Positions 13,201 through 27,007 are shown, counted from the first letter of the stretch. The stretch is DNA of 64,000 nucleotides from Octopus vulgaris (GCA_951406725.2 OX597816.1:181040001-181104000); one strand, 5' to 3'. Notes: generated by a model from the sequence alone, not told the origin. Made by a program: numbers and translations.

Positions 13201-14519
13201 ATATATATATATGTATGTATGTATGTACTGTCGGAGATGGAGTTATGTTTGTTTGTTTTTTACTAATACATGCCCTACGATATTTTCAAATATATAATGC
13301 AATACCAGATGTTCTGTATGAAAATATAATTCACTTATCTTGATATTTGAGTCAGAGCTTGACTTTTGAAGAGTTTCATGGTCGTACAGTAATCCTCGTT
13401 ATGGACACCGGCATTTTGTATTGAATTTATAAAAGAAGATATAAATATATGTTTAGCTTAATTATGTTTAATTCCATTGGGAAAAGGAGACCCTAAGGTG
13501 TTTTAGTGGCCAAAAAGGAACGTTTGGCTGATTAGTTTCAGCTTCCACTGAAACCTCGTCAACATTCTCCGAGATACAGAATGTATGGTGTGATGTTACG
13601 ATTGGAAAATCAAATCAAAACTTTATATATGCGTATTAAATTATGATTCTGTTTACAAATTTATTCTAATCTCATCTTCGCTGAATCGATATCTAATCTT
13701 ATTGATGTACGTTGCTAACATTGCACTGATATATAAACATGATCTGGTCTATCTTGATATTGTTTAATTTTTCCACATGTACTTGTCTTCATGATGTTAA
13801 ATTTAACATTCTAGCCGCTAGACCACGTACCGTAGTTAGTTTGTGTGTGTGTGTGTGTGTGTGTCTGTGTCTGTGTCTGTGTGTGTGCCCATGTGTGTGT
13901 GTGTGTGTGTGTGTGTGTGCCCGTGTCTGCGCGTGTCTGCACGCGCGCTCCTGCGTGACTATGTGTACATATGCGTATCGGTGTATGTATAGGTGTATGT
14001 GCATGTAATGTAAAGTGCTTCTCTTAATAATCAAAAACAAATTTCAGGCTCTTGAGTAGCCGGGAGCTCAGATGTTGATACGCGATAATGTTTTCTATCT
14101 TTGGTACATAGATCATACATATTGCAGAAGCAGTGGACAAGCAATTGAATATCCTTTTGTACAAACGAGAGTTACATCAACATTATATTTGTCCACAGTA
14201 AATATCTAAATAATTGTTTCTGCCACTCTACCACCTACCATTTATAACAACAAAAATAACCAAAATTACAACAGTAACAATATCACCTCCACTACCACCA
14301 CAACCTACAGCAACAACAAGGATAATAATAACAACAATCCTTTCTATTGTTATTACAAGGCCTGAGATTCTGAGGAGTTGGGGACTAGTCGAGTACATTG
14401 AAACTGGTAATTATTCTTATCGATCTCGAAAGGATGAAAGGAATTTGAACTCAGAATGCTGCTGCTCTTGGCTAAGACGTTGTTGGTGCTGCTGCTTTTA
14501 ATGCCAATGTTGTTGTTAG

Positions 14520-15487
14520 AGGTTTCAGCAGCATCGGGGGTTTCTTTTTATTGTTCTTTGTATGGGGCAGAAAACCTTTCAGTAAGTGGTTTGCCTCGCC
14601 ACAAATGAGACATCTCGGTTTTCTTCCCTCGACTGCTACGAATAGCTGTGTACCATTAAAGAGGTTGATCTGGTCAGGAATGACTCTGATACACCTAATC
14701 GGTCTGTATTAATAATTCTGTTCCTGCGTCTGACCGACTTCCCTTTCCCATTTTGTGCACTTAGAGAATTGCTGTTTTATTATGGTTTTCACCCGCGAAG
14801 AGATGCTCACTTCTGGTGGTACATCCGCTACTTATCTAAACCACTCTCCGATCGGGATATGTCGGAATTAGCCACAATTCCTACCTTTTGAGGGTTATTG
14901 TTGCACTCTTTTTGGCTTTTTCTTCAGATGGGGACCTCACCTCAGCTGTGCCAAGGCATCTCCCAAAGGCGACATAAGTTGATATTCTCCAGTTGTTATC
15001 CTTAAGCATTTTTCAATCTGTGTCTGCGTCGATCGCTCCAGTCTATCGCTTTTTGACGAAATAAACTTTTTTCCAGTATCTTCTTGTATTTCCTTTAGTG
15101 CATTTAGAAATATTGTTCTGTCATTCTTTGATAAGTGCGATTTGGCGACATCGACGTTTTTCTGACACGGCAACTTTCTCCAGTCGATGACACGCTTATG
15201 CGAAACCGATCCCATTTTTTTTTAGAAATAAGAATGGCTTCTGTTTCCGTTGTATTAATATTTGTTGCTGTTGTTGTTGTTGTTGTGGTGGTGGTTGTGG
15301 TCGTTGTGGTCGTGGTAACAGTGTTCTTCCTAGAGTTAGTATTACTTTTTATTGTTCTTGTGACGGTGTTGAAATTTTTGGCAGCGGGAAATCAACTTCA
15401 TACTTTTCCCGTGATGCTGTAGCTGTTGTTCCTGTTGTTACTGCTGCTGTCACTCACTTCTACAATTTCCCCGTTCTGTTCCGCGGA
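14520..15487 (-). mobile_element. L1/Tx1-like ORF1 (gag-like) remnant
   Basis: Degenerate zinc knuckle VEGRKPRCLICGEANHLLKGF at ~14630-14572; low-complexity Thr-rich N-terminal part. Confidence 0.55.
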
Positions 15488-15504
15488 CAGCTGGTTGTTC
15501 TTTT

Positions 15505-16725
15505 CACTGGCAAGGGTGGGGCAATGGTCCATTTAGACCAAGCTAAATCGTTCGATAGGGTAGACCATCATTACCTGGTGTCCGTTCTCGCACGGTTCGG
15601 ACTAGGTCTTGGCTCCCTTAGGTGGATCATACAATTGTACGACAACATCGACTCGATAGTTCGGGTGAATGGTTTTCTCTCAAAACCTTTCTGCATCAAA
15701 CGTTCGGTTCGGCAAGGATGTCCGCTCTCACCACTTTTGTATGTGATGGCTCTTGAGTCGTTAATGCGGAAGTTGAATGGCATCCCGACGAAGCCAGGTT
15801 GTGGAAGATCGGTTTCAGCATATGCGGACAACATCACCATCATCGTGACCGAGATGAAAGGGAGGGCGTAGGTGACCAATGTGTTCATCGCATCGACCAT
15901 CATTTACCGCCTAACCGTCGTTCCTTGTCCAGATTCGTGGGTGAGTCGGAGAGACAGATCTTCCGCTTCTTGTGGAAGGGCTCAACTCCACTTGTGGGGC
16001 GTTCTATCTGCTGTCAAAAGCCGTTAAAGGGTGGACTAGGGATGCCCTGGCTGTTGATGCGCAAACATGCCTTGAGGTTAAGGCACCTCTAGCTTCACCT
16101 GGATGGTAAGCGGATGTGGTCTCTGCTTGCGAAACGGATGTTTCCCAGGTTCAGTGTCCGGAAGTGTCAGAAGTGTGGGATTATGCAGAACACCTGTCGT
16201 CAGATACAAGAAAAATACAGCTGTCGTCTGAGTCAATTCTAAAAATTGACTCACCGGATTTCCTTACGAAAGAAGGTAAGAATTTCTCGTGGTAGTAGCA
16301 ATCTCGAAAGAGGTGATATGGAAGTCGAGAGTGAAAGGATTGGTGACAGGCAGCTTCATCTCTGGCCTCAGTTTGGTGAGATGTTTCACCTTTCACCTGA
16401 AAAGGAAAGTGACGCTGGAGAAGAGATGCCTGTCAGAGAGAATGTACAAAGACAGATGGGCACGTGTGTGGCATGGACGTTGTGTGTGAAAGACACTTCG
16501 TGAACATGCCATAGGACTTACCAAAAGGTGTCGATAGTGGAACAGGGCTCGTGGGGTCGGAGCCAAAATCTGTTCCCCTGCCCCATTTTATGTTTGTTAC
16601 CATGTTTTGTAAATTGTGTTATCATTCGTATTCATTATAAATTTTTAAACCCATTTTGTATGTCTGACCCCAAATCAGGCTGGATCGTCCCCTCTATGTT
16701 GGTCCAGTGTGTGCAATAAAGAAAC
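15505..16725 (+). mobile_element. Tx1/L1-like LINE, 5'-truncated and internally deleted, with 17-bp TSD
   Basis: LDQAKSFDRVDH, VRQGCPLSPLLY, SAYADNITI, FRFLWKG..KGGLGMP; AATAAA near 16715; cagctggttgttctttt at 15488-15504 and 16726-16742. Confidence 0.9.
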
Positions 16726-16967
16726 CAGCTGGTTGTTCTTTTAAGCCGACGAACAATCCTCGTTGTCATCTTTCTTTATTTTAACAAAAATTGATGGGCA
16801 TGCTTGCTAAACAAACCCCAATTTAGTCCCTAAGGGCTATAGATGAAGCAAAAACTAACCAGCTCCCTAAGATCCTCGAATGTTCAATATATCACTTTTT
16901 GTAACAAAAGAAATAATAACAGACTTACGCAGGTGATGTGTAATATGTGTCGAAAGACGAACAAAGA

Positions 16968-17011
16968 ATAATAATAATAATAATAATAATAAAAATAATA
17001 ATAATAATAAT

Positions 17012-17105
<94 letters not shown>
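16968..17105. repeat. (AAT)n(AAC)n microsatellite
   Basis: Direct observation. Confidence 0.95.
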
Positions 17106-17107
<2 letters not shown>

Positions 17108-17128
17108 AAATAAATAATTCTATCTGTT

Positions 17129-17430
17129 GTGGAGGCACATAGCCTAGTGGTTAGAGCAGCTAACTCGCGGTCAAGGGATCGCGGGTTCGAATCTCAGACC
17201 GGGCGATGTATGCGTTTATGAGAAACACCTAAGTTCTATGCAGCTCTAGCAAGAAGGTAAAGGCGAACTTCTGTTGACTCTTTCACCACAACTTTCTCTC
17301 ACTCTTTCCTCCTGCATCTAGCAGCTCACCTGCGACGGACCGGTGTCCCGATTAGGTGGGGAATCCATACGCCAATGAAACCGGGAAACCGGCCTTTATG
17401 AGCCAGGCATGGCTCGAGAAGAAATAAACA
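17129..17430 (+). mobile_element. tRNA-derived SINE (family C-related)
   Basis: A box tagcctagtgg, B box ggttcgaatct; 3' gaaaccgggaaacc..atgagcc shared with 22045-22070. Confidence 0.75.
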
Positions 17431-17437
17431 ATAACTA

Positions 17438-17818
17438 TCCTTTTTATTATAGGCACAAGGCCCGAAATTTTAGGGGAAGTTATTAATCGATCACATCGAG
17501 CCCAGTACTCACCTAGAACTTAATTTATCGACCCTGAAAGGATGAAAGGCAAAGTCAACCTCGTCGGAATTTGTACTCAAAACGTATTTCTTTACTACCC
17601 ACAAGGGGCTAAATACAGAGAGGACAAACAAGGACAGACAAACGGATTAAGCCGAATATATCGACCCCAGTGTGTAACTGGTACTTAATTTATCAACCCC
17701 GAAAGGATGAAAGGCAAAGTCGACCTCGGCGCAATTTGAACTCAGAAAGTAACGGCAGACGAAATACCACTAAGCATTTCGCCCGGCGTGCTAACGATTC
17801 TGCCAGTTCGCCGCCTTA

Positions 17819-17890
<72 letters not shown>

Positions 17891-18080
17891 CCTTTCTACT
17901 ATGGGCACAAGGTCTGAAATTTGGGGGAGGGGGACTAGTCGATTACATCGATCTCAGTGCTTAACTGGTACTTGATTTATCGACTCCGAAAGGATGGAAG
18001 ACAAAGTCGACCTTGACAGGAACTGAATCTAGAACTTAACCGGATGAAATACCGTAAGGCATTTTCCGATACGATCTTGC
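17438..18080 (-). mobile_element. Cluster of three family-A SINEs around an (AAT)n tract
   Basis: Repeated tttatcgacc..gaaaggatgaaaggcaaagtcgacctc; head ends at 17815. Confidence 0.85.
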
Positions 18081-18299
18081 CATCTATCCACAGTCTGGAT
18101 CGGAAGGAATAGGGCAATTCATTCAACCCAGTACTTGATGGATACTTTTTTCAGTCGATCACCAGAATGATAAACGGTAAAGTTGACGTCGGTGGATTTA
18201 AATTTGGAAACGTAAAGAGATGTAAGTAAACACGAGGTGTTGTTTATTGTGTGGGTTGCTGATTATAATTCATAGGATTTAACAAGCCATCATTGTAAA

Positions 18300-19800
18300 A
18301 CAGATTTCTAATAAAACCAACGTTATTTAAACATAGTTCTTATATGTCCGTGGATAAACCAAACCAAGTTGTCTCATATTTCGTTGCGTGAGTTTATTGC
18401 GATAATAGAACGATGCTAAAATATTCGCCTTTATTCTTATGGAAAAACCTACTTCAGCATCCGTATCTTTAACAAAGCACATCGACGTTATCTTATTCTA
18501 CCACATCTAACCTAGCCCAACATATAACTTTTACTATGGAGGAATTATATCTAGGATATAAAAAAAAACAAAACTGTAATTTCATTAACGCTAGTTTGTT
18601 CTGTCTTTATTCAACTGCCTAGCAAAAATCACATAAAAACACTGGTAAAACACCTAATATTGGTCTCAGTGATAATATTTAAAAAAGAAACATTTATTTT
18701 CATACTTACTCCTTTAGAAAACATAACAGAAGAAATGCTACTTCGGGATATGTTTTTAATTAGAAACTGAAAAATAAGTAGCACACAATTCAAACAAAAT
18801 GGAACATTAAAGATAAGGCCAACCATAATTCGGAAATAGAAATCTTGTAACTCTTGTGCTGCTGGAACACTTGAAATACCTTTTTCCAAGGTCCTTTTAC
18901 GAAAAAACATCCATAGAATCACTTTATGCAATCATAAGATTCTTAAAATTTTTTTCCAGTCAATTAATTATCCTGATCGATAATCTATATCCTTCCTGTT
19001 TTATTCATGTTTTCTTCTCCGCTATGATTTTAGTCTATACTTGCTCTTAATAGTTAAAATCTCGATTTCAGCACTTTGAACGCTTTGAATACTTACCTGG
19101 GGCATCATCTACTAATAGACTGTATATTGTATAGCTCTTGTTTTTTTTTCTCAAAGCTGAACTCCCTCACTATTTTCAATCAATGCTTCTTCTCCTATTT
19201 CTGCCTCGCTATTGACTTTGAGCATCTAAATGTTGTATTATCAATCCATAAACTGCATTATATATATTGATATTATTTGATTCATGTTAGTTATTTGTTT
19301 ACTTTTTTTTATATATAATTTTCATGTGCAACAAATTTTTCTCTTACCTAAGCAGTTCTTATTTATATTTTAATTTTTTTAGTATACTATGTTGGTTTAA
19401 ATAACTCGATCTGGAATCACTACTTATTACATCTTTTTCAGCAGCTTCATTATTTATAATCATTAGTAATATTTTGTTAGCTGACGTATATCATATGTAT
19501 TTTGAGCACAGCAGATGCCTTCAGTTTTGTTTTATTAATCATTTGGTATATTACATACTGTTTTAATGTTGACTGATCTCTTGCAGTCAGTGAAGTTGAG
19601 TGAAATTCAGGACATTACTTACTTTTTATTAGTTTTCTTTTCCTTAATATGCATTCTATTTCAATTAAACTCCTAAATGGATCTTAGTTTTTGTTTTGAG
19701 TCCACGATAGTATCATTTAATTATGTTTAAACTTTGCTTTCCATAACTTATCTTCTATTAGAAGTGTTTATCTTCCTTGCCAGGTTTTATATGCTATCTG
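18300..19800 (-). mobile_element. Possible highly decayed Penelope-like ORF
   Basis: Only faint motifs (GLIFNVP, KFVAHENYI*K) with many stops. Confidence 0.2.
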
Positions 19801-19842
19801 TTAATCTTATCCATGTTCTAAATTCGTTTCACAATTACACAC

Positions 19843-19873
<31 letters not shown>

Positions 19874-20098
19874 TTAGGTGAGGGCTAGATAGAGAGCTAT
19901 AGAAAACACGTAGTAGTGCTTAAATGAATTTAAACTTACACTCCGAATCCTTCAACCGGAACTAGATCCATGGCGTCAAGAATGGTTATGAGAGAAATCC
20001 AAATCGAGCTGGTATGGAAGTAGTGATCCAGATAAACTCAATTAGGCCTCAAACACGCGCGCACAGACAACAGACAGACAGATAGCTATCTATCTTTC

Positions 20099-20154
<56 letters not shown>

Positions 20155-20385
20155 CACATATATCTACATATATTCAGAAAGATAAACACATATATATACA
20201 CATACAAATATATTTACATAGAGCACAATAAAATACAGAATACTAAGAAAAGGACGCATCATCTTGTCAGCTTTTTCAGGAAGCTTAGAGTTACGTAATA
20301 ATTGTAATGCTCATAATTTGAAGGTGGAATGTGCAAAAAGTCTTGGGTGTGCAACCAGTAAATTGTCATGCAGAGATATAACCAC

Positions 20386-20933
20386 AAATAGGGAAAGAAA
20401 ACCACAATTGGGAGAAATTATAAAGACTTTACGTGATGGAATATAATTTGTGTTTACAAGAGAAGATTACGTCAGGGAATCAACAAGAGAAAAATGGCAA
20501 AAGCAGTTCATAAGAAGAATAAGAACAAAAGGCAGGAAGCTGGAGGAGAATTTCAGCGGCAGAGGAATGAGGAACAAAGATGGAGAAAAAATGAAATGCA
20601 GGGAGAAAGAGAAGGATCTGTATGACACATAGGGAGTGATCAAAGGGAGAGGAGGGGAGAAGGTAAAGTTAAGGTCAGTGAGAGCACCACTGGTGGTTCG
20701 AGAATCTCACTAAGTAAACAATAAATCAATTAGAAGTGGCAGCTGACTATCCAGTGACAGGAATAGGTAAGCAATGAACGAAAGGAAGAGGGGTGAGGTA
20801 GCGGAGGAGGAAGATATGCTGAGATTGGGAGAATGGAAAATAGGGAAAGAAAACCACAATTGGGAGAAATTATAAAGACTTTACGTGATGGAATATAATT
20901 TGTGTTTACAGGAGAAGATTACGTCAGGGAATC
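20386..20933. repeat. 96-bp near-perfect direct repeat (20386-20481 / 20838-20933) around a purine-rich spacer
   Basis: One mismatch by eye. Confidence 0.9.
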
Positions 20934-21199
20934 TATTGAGTAACGAGGAATTATGATGGCGAAATGTAGTGAGCAATTCCCTGCAACACAACTTACAAAC
21001 ACTGTGGTTAGTGTTGTGCAGGTAGGTCCTACACATAACGTACCAGGATAATGTATGTACTACCACACCACACACCACACCACCATACCACACCACCTTG
21101 CATACACTAGCACTGACCACTTCCCAACACCTATACCATCATCCACACACCTACACATGCACACAGGCACATGTCAATATCACCAGCCCCTTCCACACG

Positions 21200-21492
21200 C
21201 ATATACACGCTCTCACATACACACGCATGCACACCTTCATTTTGGGATCACCACTGCTTTATTATCTCCCCTTCTTCCTGCTCACCTGTGTGACCCCTGT
21301 CCGGCATTCGCCATGATAGATCGCTAGCCACTAAACCTTTTTCTATTTTCTCCCCTGTTTATTTCTGTGTTCCTTTCTGTCGAAGAGCGTAGGCTCGAAA
21401 CGTAAAAGACTTTCTCACTTCCCGAGCTTTAAACTAATACATCTGTTTGTTGTTTACACACCCGACTTCGTCTTTTGCTTTTTGTAAATTCC

Positions 21493-21496
<4 letters not shown>
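21200..21496 (+). mobile_element. PLE-like 3' end with HHR motif (21373-21408), abutting (TA)n
   Basis: cttt-CTGTCGA-a-gagc gtag gctc-GAAAC-GTA-aaag; second copy at 41592-41786. Confidence 0.75.
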
Positions 21497-21557
<61 letters not shown>

Positions 21558-21848
21558 TAGACTCTCACACGCATGCACACGCACACGCGTACACCTATAA
21601 AACATACATACATACATACATACTGGTGATACATACATACATACATACATACATACATACATACATACATACATACATGCATACATGCACACACACAACT
21701 GCTTTGTTATTAAAGGCGAATTTAAATACAGGTCTGGATATTTTGTGTATATCCTTAGCCTGAACCACCGTAAGGTAACTCAGTTTAATCAAGAGTGATA
21801 AGGTTGCCTGCAGCATGTGTATATTTACTTATGTATGCATATATGTGT

Positions 21849-22095
21849 GGAAGCGCGTGGCTAAGTGGTTAGGGTGTCAGCATCATGATCGTAAGATTGT
21901 GGTTTCGATTCCTGGGCCAGGCGACGCGTTGTGTTCTTGAGCAAAACACTTCAATTCACGTTGCTCCAGTCCACTCAGCTGGCAAAAATGAGTAACGCTG
22001 CGATGGACTGGCGTCCCGTCCAGATGGGGAACACATACGCCATTGAAACCGGGAAACTGGGCTCATGAGCCTGGCTAGGCTTTGAAAGGGCGCAT
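21849..22095 (+). mobile_element. tRNA-derived SINE (family C) with (TATG)n tail
   Basis: A box tggctaagtgg, B box gtttcgattcc, gctgcgatggactggcgtcccgtccag. Confidence 0.8.
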
Positions 22096-22798
22096 AGATG
22101 TATGTATGTATGTATGTATGTATGTATGTATGTATGTATGTATGTATGTATGTATGTATGTATGTATGTATGTATGTATGTATGTATGTATGTATGAGCG
22201 GATGGATGGATAGAAGGATGGTTATATGCTCATACTATTTTTTTATGTATTTATACATGCCTTAAATTGAATGTGTATATATTTATTCTATGAGTTTACC
22301 AGCAGGTGAACCACTAAGAGTGAAGGTTCCCTAGTTCTTATTAGAACTTCATTCTAGAAGAAAGTAAAGTAGTAGGTAAAAACCTGATATGAAGTTAGTT
22401 TCTGGTCGTATCAACTTCTGCCTTGCCTCTAGTTTCACAGCTGGCTGCGCTGAAATGTGGGTTATGTGTTGAGCATCTCATAACAAGTTAATTCATGTAC
22501 TGGAACTTCTTGAACTCTGGAAACGTTTACACGGACCTACTGAGTTTAAGAAATGGTCTTACTCGGTAACGAGTTGATTCTCATCATGTATGAAATTAGA
22601 AAGATTGCATCAAGGACTAGACAGGAAGAGGCTTAGCGATAGGCCGGTCTATGGCTGCAGCACGAAACCATAGCGTGTGGTGGTGTGTGTGTATGTGTGT
22701 GTATATGTGTGTTTGAATATATTGAATACACACACACATACACACACACACACATATATATATATATACATACATACATACATACATACATACATACA

Positions 22799-22832
<34 letters not shown>

Positions 22833-23411
22833 ATTCGAAAGTTGGTTGTTATATATGGATTTAAATTTTCCTTCCACGGCTCCGATATAAGGTTTGGTTC
22901 ATAAACAGCGGAAGATATATCACACTTCTGTCCTAGAGGTCATTCAACAACCTTTCGGCTTTAATCTGGAAACTTAAAGATGAAGGGACCTGTTTCAACA
23001 TCAAATGGAAAAATCCTCTCCAAAACCAAACCCTATTTTAACGAATCCAAAAATACTCAGTATATTCTCTTGAAAAACTATCTCTTAAAAAAATACTTGA
23101 GAACCTCCAACGAATACATTAATTCCAGGAACGAGATTTTTGCTGTGTGTCCGCATTTTATGAAACACATCTTGTTGGAATTTAAAAGTAGACCACCGGA
23201 CGCTTAGCAAACCATTAACATCTTATATTTACTTGACATAGAATCATTATAACGTTGGTTATCTCCCATGTGTTTTTCTTCTTGTTTTTTTCCTTTACCA
23301 AACAGTCTTGTTTAAACGGCCTTGTTCTCAGCTTTATAAAAGCGAAATAAATTATTATTACGACCAAGAAACCCTGAGTAGCTGTATCTAACACACGCAC
23401 ACTTATACACA

Positions 23412-23862
23412 TACGAAGGTTTATGAAGAAGTAATACTAAAGCTGTGACACACATTAATTTCACCTCTACTTATTAATAATTGCATTGTTTCTTTCCAGG
23501 TAATCTGGGATCTGACTATTCAAAGAGAACTTGAAAAATGACTAGTAGAGACTGCTCTTGAAAATGGGCAAAATTTGGGCGTTGGGGAAAAAGAGGGTTT
23601 AGCCCCCAAGGACATTCATTCTGACATGTTTGCTACAATTAGGGTTGACGCTTCAGCTTTATCAACAATGCAAAAGTGGGCAGCTGGATCTAGGAGAGGA
23701 AAGGATATGTTTGAACAGGATCCAAGGTTTGGACGTTTTGCAGCTGCCACCACCAAAGTAAACATTGATTGTATCCATCACATGATGATAAATGACAGAA
23801 TATTCACTATAAATCAAATAGCCAATGCTATCAGCCTATGAACTTTTCAGTCAACTCTCGTG
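23412..23862 (+). mobile_element. Internally deleted mariner (TACGAGG-type ends), N-terminal HTH only
   Basis: PKDIHSDM..STMQKWAAGSRRG..EQDPRFGR..INDRIFTINQIA; right TIR aacttttcagtcaactctcg 23841-23860. Confidence 0.75.
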
Positions 23863-23883
23863 TATACACACACACACACACAC

Positions 23884-23915
<32 letters not shown>

Positions 23916-24331
23916 CATTTGATAATTGCAATTATAAAACAGCTACTAATAGTTTCCATTTTTAAAATACATTAAATTGCCAGATTGCCATGTATCTCCA
24001 AGCAATCTTTCAGGCTCAGTTCATAGCATTAGATGTACTGTATTTAAAAACCAAGCCGTTGGTCTATAAGAAAACACGAAAATCAAAAACGAGAAGAAAA
24101 TATGCGTAAGAGGTTGATGCAAAAATTGCAACGAGAAGAAAGAAAAGTAAGAAAACCAAGTGCTTCCTTTTTGACTGTAGAAACCCCAATTGAATAACAG
24201 AAAGGAGGCCAACGACTGTGGGCTACTCAATCTGTAACTAATGGTGCCCTCCAGTTCGACAAAAAAGTGGGGGATTAAGAGAAAGAAAGAGAGGGAGACA
24301 GACAGAAAGACAGAGACAGAGATAGAGAGAG

Positions 24332-24428
<97 letters not shown>

Positions 24429-25097
24429 TCTTCGCGGTACTAGTTCTCAACTAAGATATGTAAGTTATTATTTTTCTTCTATTATAAAATGTTTTTTAAT
24501 ATTTTTCATTTCCCACTTTTGTGCCCGTGTGCAAATTAATTCTTTATATACCAGAATTATTTTAATTAATGCCACTTTTTCCACTCTAAATCGCTTAAAG
24601 CCTAACCTTTTGTTAATTCACACCTAATATTTTTTCTTTCAAGTTAGCCAGCTTTTGAAACCCAGTATATTAAATTTTTGTTCATTTGATCTTTACATTT
24701 TTCTACATCTTGAACAAGCCGCAGAACTACAGGAGTTATATAGATATAGGATTTCTCCTGACAAGTAGTTGGTATTGAAGTTTTATTCTAAGCTGCTAAG
24801 ATATTTTAGAATGTTAACAATTTAATTTCGATAGCCTACATAATTGCTCAATTTTCTTATTACTTTCAAAATTCGTTGTATGAAATTGCAATTTTCTTCC
24901 TGGTTGACAAGCAAATCAACTTGGACCGTTTGCTTTAAAATTTTCCAGTTGCATAAATCTTAAAATTGAGGCTTAATTAGATTCAATTTTCAGATTTAGC
25001 CGTCCCTTTAGCGATATTTTTTCGCTATGAATTTTTATCTTTTAACAGATTTTCTGTGAGATACTATTAAATTTTGTTTCTTTACTTATGTAATATA

Positions 25098-26350
25098 TTA
25101 GGTTGGCAACTAAGTTTCCGCCGTTTTTTAAATTTAAATTTTTGAAAAGGTTTAATAAAAAATAATAACTAATTAATCCATAATGTAATCACCCTTGTTG
25201 TTTACAACTTCTTCCCAACGTTCAACAAGATTTTCAATACCTCATTGGTAGAAATCACCCGACTTCGACTCGAAAAATTGATCCAACCAAGCTATCAATT
25301 CTGCATCAGTATTGAACGAAACTCTGTGCATAGCATTTGAAAGAGATTGAAAGAAGTGGAAATCCGTTGGTGCCAAATCAGGAGAGTACAGTGAGTGTGG
25401 CAGCACTTCCCAGCCATACGTTTGAATGGCTTCCTTGGTCATATTGGCGATATGAGGGCGGGCTTTGTCGTGCAGCAGAAGAACTCTATGCTGCCGATTA
25501 GGTCTTTTCTCTTGAATAGCCGTGTTGGGTCGTTTCATCTGATGAACAAAGAGTTCCGCGTTGACTGTTTGGTTCCGTTCAAGCAATTCGTAATGGATAA
25601 TCCCTTCCCAGTCCCACCATACGCACAACATCGTTTTACGCGGATGAAGATCTTGTTTCACGCGCGGTGTCGCTTGTTTACTGGGGCTACGCCATTCCTT
25701 ACGCTGCTTCATATTGATATACAGGCACCATTTTTCGTCGCCAGTAACGATTCGGCAAAGAAATCGTTGCTTGTATCCATGAGTTGAGCGCTGACGAGCA
25801 AGCACACCAGTGGAGATTGTGGCTCGTTGATTTTTGTTGTTGTCACTTAAAGCATGCGGAACCCATGCTCCATACTTCTGAACCTTTCCCATCGAGTGAA
25901 GATGCTTCTCTATAGCAGTGTGGGAGTATTCCATTTTCTTTGCCAGTTCTCTTGTCGTTTGACGAGAATTTTCGTGCAAAAGTTGGTTTAATCGCTCTTC
26001 ATCGAACTGGACAGCCAGAACGAGGTCAAAATTTCCATTTTTGAACTTGGCATACCAATCACGAGCGGTTCTTCCAGCTAGAACACCCTCTCCATGCACA
26101 GAAAATATGTCGCAATCATCTTTTGCGGCCTTAGAACATTGATTAAAAGCAAAAAGGAGGAGGTGTCGAAAATGCTCGTTTTTTCTTAACTTGACATTCC
26201 ATTTTAATGACCTGAAAATAAACAAAAATTAACTAAAATTAACTAGAAAAAAAAAACAAAATAGATTCCAAAATGATTCAAAAATAGAATTCTCGAAGAA
26301 AATAGATTCCAAAATTTAAAAAAACAGCGGGAACTTAGGTGCCAACCTAA
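25098..26350 (-). mobile_element. Near full-length mariner transposon (1253 bp) with TIRs and TA TSD
   Basis: TA|ttaggttggcaactaagtttccgccg ... cagcgggaacttaggtgccaacctaa|TA. Confidence 0.95.
25173..26202 (-). pseudogene. Mariner D,D34D transposase, inactivated
   Basis: WVPHAL, TGDEKW, HDKARPH, YSPDLAPTD (34-residue spacing counted); +1 frameshift after MECQVKK, short deletion after GNFDL, premature TGA at 25242 before GIENLVERWEEVV. Confidence 0.92.
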
Positions 26351-26362
26351 TACATTCATTCT

Positions 26363-26679
26363 AAGGCGGCGAGATGGCAGTTGCGTACTGGGGTTAATCT
26401 AATTGACTGGCCAAAAATTTTGAGCCTTGTACCTAGAGTAGAAAAGAATATGCATTCATTCTAAGGCGGCGAGCTGGCAGAAACGCTAGCACGCCGGGCG
26501 AAATACCTAGCGGTATTTCGTCTGTCTTTACGTTCTGAGTTCAAATTCCACCGAAGTCGACTTTGTCTTTCATCCTTTAGGGTTCGTTAAATTAAGTACT
26601 AGTTGCGCACTGGGGGCGATCTAATCGACTGGCTCCCTTCCCCAAAATCTCGGGCCTTGTGCCTAGAGTAGAAAAGAAT
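26363..26679 (+). mobile_element. Tandem pair of family-A SINEs (first internally deleted)
   Basis: Heads at 26363 and 26463; atacattcattct-like TSD at 26350, 26450 and 26680. Confidence 0.85.
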
Positions 26680-26852
26680 ATACATTCATTCTGATATTTG
26701 AAACAATATGAACGTGTAATGAAACGACGGTACCTGAGCAAGGTATAGTAAATGAATGTATGATAAAATGAATATGAAAATATAAAAATGTATTAAGCCT
26801 TTTACTGAATTACTGTCTTTCGTGTATGTATGTATATATATATATATATATA

Positions 26853-27007
26853 AGGCGAGCTGGCGGAAACGTTAGCACGCCAGGCGAAATGCTTATCGGT
26901 AGTTCGTCTGCCGTTACGTTCTAAGTTCAAATTCCGCCGAAGTCGACTTTGCCCTTCATTCTTTCGGGGTCGATAAATTAAGTACCAGTTACGCATTGGG
27001 GTCGATG
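26853..27007 (+). mobile_element. Family-A SINE, 3'-truncated
   Basis: ggcgagctggcggaaacgttagcacgcc..gttcaaattccgccgaagtcgac. Confidence 0.85.

Noticed and set aside
17129-17200. Functional tRNA genes at SINE heads (also 21849, 33601)
   Set aside because: A/B boxes are present but there is no closed cloverleaf, and each continues into SINE body
25395-25787. 130-aa plus-strand ORF
   Set aside because: Antisense shadow of the mariner transposase
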